Shown piece after piece: positions 20,200-27,703 of a DNA stretch of 32,000 bases. Every line of letters begins with the position of its first letter. The stretch's first letter is position 1. Position numbers and translations under genes: made by a program. The notes under the pieces were generated by a model. It searched no databases. It was not told where the DNA came from and worked only from the letters and a program-made list of their open reading frames with translations. This DNA is from Formosa sp. Hel1_33_131 (GTDB lineage Bacteria > Bacteroidota > Bacteroidia > Flavobacteriales > Flavobacteriaceae), in contig NZ_CP017260.1 of assembly GCF_001735745.1 (NCBI RefSeq), forward strand, positions 840,001 through 872,000, in the 5' to 3' direction.

Positions 20200-20742
20200 A
20201 TGAAATATTTAAAATACACCCTTGGAGTTTTAGCAATCTTGGTTATTGGGTTTTTACTTACAGGATTGATCAAAAATGAATTATCTTATAATTGCGAAAT
20301 AATGGTCGACAGGTCATTAACTGAATCCTGGGCTGTGAGTCAGGACGAAGGTAAAATGGCAGACTGGTTAGATGGATTTCAAAAAATTGAATATGTGAGC
20401 GGATCACCTGGAACTGTAGGTGCAGTATCAGATGTATATTTTACTAATGATGGACAGGAAATGACCATTCGAGAAACCATTACTGAAATCGTTCCAAACC
20501 AATCTGTATCAATGACGTTTACATCTGACTTTATGGATATGGATTACAAACTCACGATGAAGTCTATTAATGGAAAAACAAAAATAAGCACAAGCACAAC
20601 ATGCATTGGAAATGGAATGTTTTCAAAGTCCTTATTAGCTGTGATGGGAAATTCCATCAAAGATCAAGAAGAAACAAACCTTTCTAATCTTAAGAAAACT
20701 ATTGAAGAAAATTCAAAAAATTATTCACTTATTGAAAACTAG
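20200..20742 (+). CDS. SRPBCC (START/Bet v1-like) superfamily protein with N-terminal TM anchor
   Basis: 180 aa. TM segment LGVLAILVIGFLLTGLI followed by a C-terminal region resembling polyketide-cyclase/AHSA1-type SRPBCC proteins (ESWAVSQDEGKMADWL, VGAVSDVYF). From recollection. Confidence 0.6.
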   Translation: MKYLKYTLGVLAILVIGFLLTGLIKNELSYNCEIMVDRSLTESWAVSQDEGKMADWLDGFQKIEYVSGSPGTVGAVSDVYFTNDGQEMTIRETITEIVPNQSVSMTFTSDFMDMDYKLTMKSINGKTKISTSTTCIGNGMFSKSLLAVMGNSIKDQEETNLSNLKKTIEENSKNYSLIEN

Positions 20743-20952
20743 TTTCATCTAACTTAAGACGTATTTAGTTCTTTGAAAACGACAAAAAACAGTGGGCTAA
20801 TATTGATTTTTATGGTTTTTGGATGTAAATCCGAAAGGAGTTTAAATGGAAATTATTCCCGCGTCGCTGCATAAATCCTTTCGTGTGGCAACGTTATTAA
20901 AGTTATGTTATAAACTGGAAAAACAATATGAGTAGAAATTATCAATTCTATA

Positions 20953-21010
20953 AACCAGAAGATTATTTTACAGTTAAGGGGGCACTAGTATAAGCAAGGC
21001 ACTTATGCTA
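20953..21010 (+). repeat. island intergenic repeat, right-half copy (R2)
   Basis: AACCAGAAGATTATTTTACAGTTAAGGGGGCA matches the AACCGAACGAAAGTGATTTTTTATAGTTAAGGGGGCA of R1. A left-end-like CTTAAGAC..TTTGAAAAC lies at 20753-20790. Confidence 0.6.
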
Positions 21011-21106
21011 AAAGAGGAGGGGTATTGAGAAATTTCTGATTATATATAATGTAAAAAAAATCTATTTTCAATTAGCCTTTATTTAAAAACCGTTAAATTT
21101 GTGAAA

Positions 21107-21694
21107 ATGGACGTCAAGAATCTTTACATAATTGCTGGATGTAACGGAGCAGGAAAAACAACAGCTTCATACACTATACTCCCTGAAATAATTGAATGTA
21201 AGGAGTTTGTAAATGCCGATGAAATAGCGAAGGGACTCTCGCCGTTTCAACCAGACAAAGTGTCTTTTGAGGCTGGAAGAATAATGATTAACAGAATCAA
21301 TGAACTTATAAAAGAAAATCAAAGCTTTGCTTTTGAGACGACATTATCGACTAGAAGTTATAAGCACAAGGTTTTAAAAGCAAAAAAACAAGGGTACAAC
21401 ATTACATTATTGTTCTTTTGGTTAAACAATATAGAATTGGCAAAAGAACGTGTGAAAACAAGAGTATTGGAAGGAGGGCATAATATTCCCGAAAACGCAA
21501 TTGAAAGAAGATATTTTAAAGGAATATATAATTTATTTGATATATTCATTCCTATAGTTGATGGGGTATTAATTTTCGACAATTCTTTTGGAAGACACGA
21601 ATTGATTGCACAGAAATTTATAGAAGAAGACCTACTGGTTTTTGACAAAAATAAATTTAACAAACTAAAAGGTATCTATGACAGCAAAGGATAA
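21107..21694 (+). CDS. zeta-toxin-like P-loop kinase/ATPase (COG4185-type)
   Basis: Walker A GCNGAGKTT five residues after MDVKNLYIIA. Length and the ERVKTRVLEGGHNIPENAIERRY block are typical of zeta-like/AAA ATPases. The start could also be the GTG at 21101. Confidence 0.8.
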   Translation: MDVKNLYIIAGCNGAGKTTASYTILPEIIECKEFVNADEIAKGLSPFQPDKVSFEAGRIMINRINELIKENQSFAFETTLSTRSYKHKVLKAKKQGYNITLLFFWLNNIELAKERVKTRVLEGGHNIPENAIERRYFKGIYNLFDIFIPIVDGVLIFDNSFGRHELIAQKFIEEDLLVFDKNKFNKLKGIYDSKG

Positions 21695-21830
21695 ACAAAT
21701 AGAATTAAGAGACAACGTTTTAAAAGGACTTGAAAAAGTTTACGAAAAACTTCTTGAATTCAAAAAAGAAAAAAACAGTGAATTAGTAATTATGGAAGGG
21801 GATAAAATTGTGAAAATCAAGCCCAAATAA
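21678..21830 (+). CDS. 50-aa ORF overlapping the zeta-like gene 3' end; candidate cognate antitoxin or partner
   Basis: Hand-translated as MTAKDKQIELRDNVLKGLEKVYEKLLEFKKEKNSELVIMEGDKIVKIKPK. It is below the 60-aa track cutoff. The ATG lies 17 nt inside the toxin gene in another frame. No homology check was possible. Confidence 0.4.
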   Translation: MTAKDKQIELRDNVLKGLEKVYEKLLEFKKEKNSELVIMEGDKIVKIKPK

Positions 21831-21895
21831 TCACTATCTCTAACAACGGTAATCGTTGCACAAGTACTCAAAAGATAAAACTTAGCTAGTTTAAT

Positions 21896-22030
21896 AAACC
21901 CTATTTTGAAACTCTTGTAAAAGTTTATACATTGAACCAAGATTTAGACCCCCAAATCGCAATCTTCACAACTAATCGTTTAGTAAGGAGGGATGTTATT
22001 TCAAAAAGCAATAGACGCAAGTAGGGATAC
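21896..22030 (+). repeat. island intergenic repeat, copy R3 (left 70 nt near-identical to R4, right half rearranged or deleted)
   Basis: 21903-21971 matches 27074-27142 at 66 of 69 positions by manual alignment. The right part keeps only TAGTAAGGAGGGA and GCAATAGACGCAAGTAGGGATAC similarity. Confidence 0.75.
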
Positions 22031-22071
22031 TTGGCCAGTTGGTGGTGTTTTGTTGATCTTCTAAAAATAAG

Positions 22072-22878
22072 ATGTTGAAAAAAATAGTATTATTTAGTCT
22101 CGCATTGACAGTGCTCAACTCTTGTGGAGCTCGAAGAATATATACAAGTGCTAGTTATGGTTCTTTAAAATCCTATACAGAAAAACCTATTAACAACGGG
22201 GAGAAAGAAACAGCAACCTACATTTCGGGATCGTTTAGCAATCCTAAACACCCACAACACAATGAGGATGCTGATAAAGTAACTGCCGGAAATTTCTCTA
22301 TTTACAGAGCAACAACCGATAAACGATTGAATTATTACTATGGATTGGGAGGAGGATTCGGAAGGTATCAATTTAAAAGCGACTTAACTGACTCCGATAA
22401 TTCAACACGATATATTGATAAAAATGATGCATTAAATTTTTACAACATTAATTTAAAAACAGGAATTAACTTTACAAAAACTTGGGAACGGTTTGAATAT
22501 AGTATTATTGGTTTAGAATTTATTTACGTGAACGAATTTGGCCCTTACATTGATAAATTAAACGATTTACCTGAAATATCAGATGTAGTTGTACTAGGCA
22601 AGAAATCCATTTTTGCTTTTAATTTAAACACTGAAATTACGTTCAGAATAAATAAAAATAACAATATTGGGTATGGAATATTTTTTGGAAGTGTTTTGTT
22701 TTTAGATCGCCAAGAAACCCAAAATAAAAGCGCTTCCTACAATGGCTTTATTTTAAAATACAATTACAAAGATTTCACAATTAGTTTGATGAATGAACAT
22801 AGTGCTGGCTCGATAAATTCAACTCAATTTGGACTTACATATAAACTATTTAGTAAATCGAAAGTGATTGAAGAGTAA
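22072..22878 (+). CDS. hypothetical lipoprotein, possibly beta-barrel-like
   Basis: Lipobox-like LTVLNSC after a signal peptide. Alternating aromatic/Gly-rich segments (YYYGLGGGFGRYQF, FGLTYKLF). No family recognised. Confidence 0.55.
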   Translation: MLKKIVLFSLALTVLNSCGARRIYTSASYGSLKSYTEKPINNGEKETATYISGSFSNPKHPQHNEDADKVTAGNFSIYRATTDKRLNYYYGLGGGFGRYQFKSDLTDSDNSTRYIDKNDALNFYNINLKTGINFTKTWERFEYSIIGLEFIYVNEFGPYIDKLNDLPEISDVVVLGKKSIFAFNLNTEITFRINKNNNIGYGIFFGSVLFLDRQETQNKSASYNGFILKYNYKDFTISLMNEHSAGSINSTQFGLTYKLFSKSKVIEE

Positions 22879-22955
22879 AGAAGAACTTGATGATTAGAGG
22901 AATGCCAGTATCAAAACATATAAAATAAATAGAAAATCAATAAAACCCAAATCAC

Positions 22956-23804
22956 ATGAAAAAATCAATCAACACATCAGTAGTGCTTTTGCTAATGTTC
23001 AGCTTCACCATTGGACACGCACAATCTTGGTTCGGCAAAAAAGTTGTTGGCAATGGAAATGTCACCACAAAAACGGTTTCGACTGGAGATTATGATCACA
23101 TCAAAAGTGTAGGTTCTGCAGACATCCATCTCATAAAAGGAACAGAAGGTTCAATCGCAGTCACAACAGATGAAAATCTACACGCGTACCTCGATATTAA
23201 AGTAGAAAACAATACTTTAATTATAAAAATAAAAGACAACATTAACCTAAAAACTAAAAAAGGGTTTCACATTAGCGTTCCCTTTGAAAAGCTTTCAAAA
23301 GTGACCTTAACAGGGTCTGGAGACATGGACTCAAAAGACCCCATTACAACCGATGAATTCAAAGTATCAATGAGTGGATCAGGCGACGTTGTTTTAGATG
23401 TGAATGCCTCTAAAGTTAAAACAGAGATCACAGGGTCTGGAACTATTTCGCTCTCTGGCACCTACGGCAACCTCAAGCTGGATTTAACAGGCAGTGGCAA
23501 TTTTGTTGGAACTGGAATGACCTCACAAAGCACCGAAGTTAAGATTGCAGGCTCTGGAAATGCGAAGATTTCAGGGACCACCTCAACGTTAGAAATCGAA
23601 GTGATCGGTAGTGGAAGCTTTAAAGGCTTGGAGTTGGGTTCTAATGACACTGACGTCAAAGTTGCAGGATCCGGACAGGCAAAAGTGGTTGCGAATGAAT
23701 CTTTAAAAGCGAGCGTTAACGGCTCTGGCACGATTGTTTATAAAGGCAATCCAGAAAATGTAAACAGTAAAACAAATGGTTCTGGAAAAATAAAAAGGCA
23801 TTAG
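22956..23804 (+). CDS. DUF2807 / head-GIN-domain protein (putative beta-helical surface protein)
   Basis: Signal peptide ending GHAQ, then nine periodic GSG(D/T/N/S/Q/K) repeats about 20 aa apart (TGSGDM, SGSGDV, TGSGTI, TGSGNF, AGSGNA, IGSGSF, AGSGQA, NGSGTI, NGSGKI). Confidence 0.8.
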   Translation: MKKSINTSVVLLLMFSFTIGHAQSWFGKKVVGNGNVTTKTVSTGDYDHIKSVGSADIHLIKGTEGSIAVTTDENLHAYLDIKVENNTLIIKIKDNINLKTKKGFHISVPFEKLSKVTLTGSGDMDSKDPITTDEFKVSMSGSGDVVLDVNASKVKTEITGSGTISLSGTYGNLKLDLTGSGNFVGTGMTSQSTEVKIAGSGNAKISGTTSTLEIEVIGSGSFKGLELGSNDTDVKVAGSGQAKVVANESLKASVNGSGTIVYKGNPENVNSKTNGSGKIKRH

Positions 23805-24550
23805 GATTACTAACTTAGTTAAAAGAAAAATGGGTGATGAAAAACTGAGTAATGGAATATCGTTTTAAATTAAGATCTAAAAACAGAACAGACACAAAAT
23901 ATACATAGCCAAAACACACAAAGTAAAATAGCTGGAGTACTACAGTTTGGGAGTATTTTACACTCGTTCTCAGCCCTAAAAACAAAACATTCATTATGAA
24001 CTACAAACATTTCTATATCATGGATGATTTAAAGTTAAATAGTAATAGTTTTGACAATGAAGACAAAATAGTAAACAAAATTATTTTCCCAAAAAGAAAA
24101 ACTTGTCATAAAACGGCGTTTTTTTATTGGCAATGATCCTGTTTTCACTCTCGTTTGTTACCCCTAAAAACATTCGAGGACAAAACTATAACTAATTGAC
24201 AGTCATACCTAAATCATTTTTAAAAAGGCCAAGAAATGGAAGCTTGAATACTGTTTAATAGCAACTTATTCCGTAAACCCCTCTTTAACTGGTCTTTATA
24301 TTTTGTTTAAACATTTTAACTATTTGTTAATTTATTGATTGTCAGGTTTTTAATTTGGTTAATTTTTTTATTATAAAATATTAATTACCTACCTACCAGG
24401 CACTTAACCTTTTTAAGTAGTTGGAATATTTATAGTTTTAGGTATTTGTTCTGAAATTTCGAGTAAACTTCAATATTTTACTATATATTTAACTAATTAT
24501 GAGTCCTATATAAGAAATCACCCCATTGTAAACGCCCTAAATTTTAAATT

Positions 24551-27043
24551 ATGAAACCTACCTCTATTCTTGTTTTTTTTGCAACAATTTTATTTACCAC
24601 TAACTTATTTTGCCAAACTACATATAACTCCCAGTATATAGTTAATATGGAGAATGATCTTGATCTTGGCATAAAATATGACTTTACCACCACCAACACC
24701 CTTCAGCAATCATTCCGTTTGAATATGGATGATGTTAATGCGAATGAGGCTAGAATATCACATTTGTTCTTATATACCTATTTTTGGCCTGGTTCTGGTG
24801 TAGTGGTTACATTAAATTTTTATGAAGGAGATATAGGGAACCTTGGTCCTCTTATTCATACCCAAGATCTTATTAATGAAACATTAGACGTAAGAATAGG
24901 TTTTGTTTCTCCAGAAGGAAGTAATACGGTGCCAGGAGTATATCCTTTAACTCAAAATATTACATTGAAAACAAACAAAAGCTATGTTGTGGAATTTGTA
25001 TTGCCAAATAATGGTATTAACGACTATGGTATATATACAACTGAAACTAATCTAGGAACTTGTAATGTTGGTAATAGAGATTTATGGTTTAAATTATTCG
25101 GGGAAGTAGGATCTGCTACAAATACTACAATTAATATTACCAAAGAAAGTGACTTGGGATATCAACTTGATACATATTCCAATTTTTTTGCTGATAAATT
25201 ACTGAATAAATACGAACCAGAAAATTTATGGATAAAGACTCCATTAGCTGGTACCCTTACCTATATTTCATCAGATGATTCTATTGTTAAACCAACTTTA
25301 AATAGTCAACAAGTTGGCATAAAAGATAATATTGAGTTAATGGGGCTTTCTGTTGGAGAAGCAATCATTTATGTTTTGCATCAAAATGATACTATAAGCC
25401 ACTTTAATGTAAAAGTAACAGATAAGAAAATTATTAACACATCCTATCAATACTTTAAATATCCAGGTGAATCTAATCATAGTTTATTATCCGTATTTGG
25501 AGGAGTTAGTGAAAAAATTAGTGAGATTTATGAATCCGTAAATGTTCATATAGAATTTACAGATCAAGGGGTTATTGAATATGAATGGGATTTAAATGGT
25601 GATGGCTATAGTTGGACACCAACTGGCATAGAAACAAACACAACGATGGATCAGACTCCAAACGCCACTAACTTTTTCACAAACTTTGTACTCTTGAGGC
25701 AAAATAAAAATGATTCTTATGTTGGAGGGAGTAATGGAGGAGGAACATCTAGAGGACTTGGTAAAAAGGATGCTCCGCCTAGGTATGGACTTGTTACCAT
25801 ACATTTATTTGATAATGAGTCAAACTTAGGCAATACATTGGCTCATGAGATAGGGCACAATTTTGGTTTATCCCATTATTCTCGTTATAATAGCAATAGT
25901 ATTCCTGTTCCTTATGATAATTTTAATCTCATGAAAACTTCGCGTACTTATCAATTAATTTATGGTTTTCAATGGGATGTAATACACAAAACTATAAACT
26001 ATAGAGAAAGCCTAGGAGAAACTTATGATACAAGAGCCAATGCTGTTTTTAATAATTTCAATGATCAAACTTTTGTCTTCGGTGAGCCAAATACTGATGC
26101 TCAAATTAACGCAAGTACAAACTCTGATTCTGAAATTACATACAAGTTAACTTCTAGTGACACAAATGTAATAAGTATTAATAATAACGGACAAATAACT
26201 GTTTTAGGAGAAGGGGAAGCTGAAGTTACTGCATATGTATATGCCACAAATAATTATTTGGCCCATTCAGAAAGCATCATCATTTCGATAGGTGGTCCAA
26301 CTTATTGTTCATCACAAGGGAATAATCCCACAGAAGAATACATCTATAGAGTTCAACTAAATACAATAGATAATGCTTCAGGTACACCAAGTGGATATAC
26401 TGATTATACTGCAATTTCAACTGATTTACAACAAGGTGAGCAGTATGTAATTACTATTACACCACGTTGGACTGGTTATGTATATCATGAAGCCTATGCC
26501 GCTTGGATTGACTACAATAATGACGGAGATTTTGAGGACACAGGAGAATTAGTATTCATGAAATACCCAACAGCAAGCAACATTGTTAATGGAAAATTTA
26601 CAATTCCTTACTATGCGCATCTAGGTTCAACAAGAATTCGGGTTTCAATGAAATACGGATGGATACCAAATTCTTGTGAATCTTTTACTTATGGAGAAGT
26701 TGAAGACTATACAGTAAACATCATTCCGCAACAGCATTTTTGGTTTTGGTCTCGATCAAATGAAAATATTGATATCTCAAAAGAAGATGACAAAACAATA
26801 GAAGGTGACCCTTCAGATGGTATTGTTGTATATCCAAATCCAGCAGTAGATCGTTTAATAGTTAAATTTGATGGAGCGAGAATGAAGGATTATAGAATTA
26901 CGAATTTAAAGGGACAAACAGTGATGTCTGGAACTTTAGATAGTAGTCATAAGATTGATGTGAGTAAATTATCAAGTGAGCTTTATATCATTGAATTTGC
27001 AGTTGATGAAAAGATAATAACTCAAAAATTTATTAAGCTATAG
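24551..27043 (+). CDS. secreted multidomain metzincin metalloprotease with Big_2-like, GEVED and T9SS C-terminal sorting domains
   Basis: Signal peptide. HEIGHNFGLSH (HExxHxxGxxH) at 25844-25876. Two Ig-like segments (LTYISSDDSIV.., ITYKLTSSDTNVISINNNGQITVLGEGEAEVTAYV). YGEVEDYTVNI GEVED motif. C-terminal VVYPNPAVDRLIV...IITQKFIKL Por/T9SS sorting domain. Confidence 0.85.
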   Translation: MKPTSILVFFATILFTTNLFCQTTYNSQYIVNMENDLDLGIKYDFTTTNTLQQSFRLNMDDVNANEARISHLFLYTYFWPGSGVVVTLNFYEGDIGNLGPLIHTQDLINETLDVRIGFVSPEGSNTVPGVYPLTQNITLKTNKSYVVEFVLPNNGINDYGIYTTETNLGTCNVGNRDLWFKLFGEVGSATNTTINITKESDLGYQLDTYSNFFADKLLNKYEPENLWIKTPLAGTLTYISSDDSIVKPTLNSQQVGIKDNIELMGLSVGEAIIYVLHQNDTISHFNVKVTDKKIINTSYQYFKYPGESNHSLLSVFGGVSEKISEIYESVNVHIEFTDQGVIEYEWDLNGDGYSWTPTGIETNTTMDQTPNATNFFTNFVLLRQNKNDSYVGGSNGGGTSRGLGKKDAPPRYGLVTIHLFDNESNLGNTLAHEIGHNFGLSHYSRYNSNSIPVPYDNFNLMKTSRTYQLIYGFQWDVIHKTINYRESLGETYDTRANAVFNNFNDQTFVFGEPNTDAQINASTNSDSEITYKLTSSDTNVISINNNGQITVLGEGEAEVTAYVYATNNYLAHSESIIISIGGPTYCSSQGNNPTEEYIYRVQLNTIDNASGTPSGYTDYTAISTDLQQGEQYVITITPRWTGYVYHEAYAAWIDYNNDGDFEDTGELVFMKYPTASNIVNGKFTIPYYAHLGSTRIRVSMKYGWIPNSCESFTYGEVEDYTVNIIPQQHFWFWSRSNENIDISKEDDKTIEGDPSDGIVVYPNPAVDRLIVKFDGARMKDYRITNLKGQTVMSGTLDSSHKIDVSKLSSELYIIEFAVDEKIITQKFIKL

Positions 27044-27073
27044 TGTAACTAATCATATGATTTCAAGATCGCG

Positions 27074-27213
27074 ATTTTGAAACTATTGTATAAGTTTATA
27101 CATTGAACCAAGATTTAGACCCCCAAATCGCAATCTTCATAATCAATAGAATCGAACGAAAGCGATTATTTTAGAGTTAAGGGTGCTGGTACAAACGTAG
27201 TGTTTGCACTGAA
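27074..27213 (+). repeat. island intergenic repeat, copy R4 (best-preserved full copy)
   Basis: Contains all blocks shared with R1, R2, R3 and R5: ATTTTGAAACT..TGTATAAGTTTATACATTGAACC..TTTAGACCCCCAAATCGCAATCTTCA..AATAGAATCGAACGAAAGCGATT..AGTTAAGGGTGC..ACAAACGTAGTGTTTGCACTGA. Ends 14 nt before the ATG at 27228. Confidence 0.8.
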
Positions 27214-27227
27214 ATGAGCTGTAGATA

Positions 27228-27650
27228 ATGACCGACGAAGATTTAAATAAATTCATTGAAAAAGTTGAACAAAATTGTTCGGAATCTGAAGCATATTTTA
27301 ATTCTGAATTCAACACTGACTTTGGAATTGCTAAAGGAAATAAATTCGGACTATTACTTTACGCTAAAGAATTTTTAAAAGCGGCTAGAGAAATTGACAA
27401 AAGGAAATTTGAACAGGGAGATATGGAAGTGTACAATCCTGACTTTAAATGGATAAAGGGAATTGACAGTAATCCATTTAGGTATATAAAAATCACCAAG
27501 AAGCTGCTTAAAGAAATTAATCCTGAGAACCAATTAGAAAAGGAAAATTGGAAAAACAAACTTTATAGTATTGGATGTGGAACAGCTGTTGTTTTTGCTC
27601 TAATTTTAACATTTGTGGGGTTGGTTACTTTTTTGAAATGGATGTTTTAA
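27228..27650 (+). CDS. hypothetical tail-anchored membrane protein
   Basis: 140 aa. Charged soluble N-terminal region and a single C-terminal TM segment GCGTAVVFALILTFVGLVTFL. No family recognised. Confidence 0.5.
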   Translation: MTDEDLNKFIEKVEQNCSESEAYFNSEFNTDFGIAKGNKFGLLLYAKEFLKAAREIDKRKFEQGDMEVYNPDFKWIKGIDSNPFRYIKITKKLLKEINPENQLEKENWKNKLYSIGCGTAVVFALILTFVGLVTFLKWMF

Positions 27651-27703
27651 AATAAAATTTTCTAAATTGTATGTTTAAAACACGTAACTAATTAAATAAA
27701 AAA

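Noticed and set aside
21740-21940. 66-aa - strand ORF
   Set aside because: It starts with a non-ATG codon inside repeat copy R3 and runs antisense to the 50-aa ORF that is coupled to the zeta-like gene. It has low-complexity Ser/Phe/Ile composition.
23267-23731. Two antisense ORFs (23267-23461, 23462-23731) opposite the DUF2807 gene
   Set aside because: They are explained by the periodic GSG-repeat coding sequence on the + strand, which keeps the opposite strand stop-free. Their Pro/Glu/Leu-rich translation mirrors the repeat.
23996-24136. 46-aa ORF (MNYKHFYIMDDLKLNSNSFDNEDKIVNKIIFPKRKTCHKTAFFYWQ) in the long noncoding gap
   Set aside because: It has no recognisable features, sits in very AT-rich DNA where short ORFs arise by chance, and has no coupling to neighbours.
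27140-27170. tRNA-like fragment (GTTCGATTC on the reverse strand of the repeat), which would suggest an att site derived from a tRNA 3' end
   Set aside because: The flanking 5-nt segments do not pair as a T-arm, and no acceptor-stem or CCA-proximal similarity is present.
27113-27213. Possibility that the intergenic repeat is a remnant of a coding sequence (R2 and R4 both translate to ..DYF(T/R)VKGA.. in one frame; the reverse strand gives MKIAIWGSKSWFN)
   Set aside because: Every frame is interrupted by stops within 20-30 codons in every copy, R1 is frameshifted relative to R2/R4, and no start codon or longer ORF is shared.
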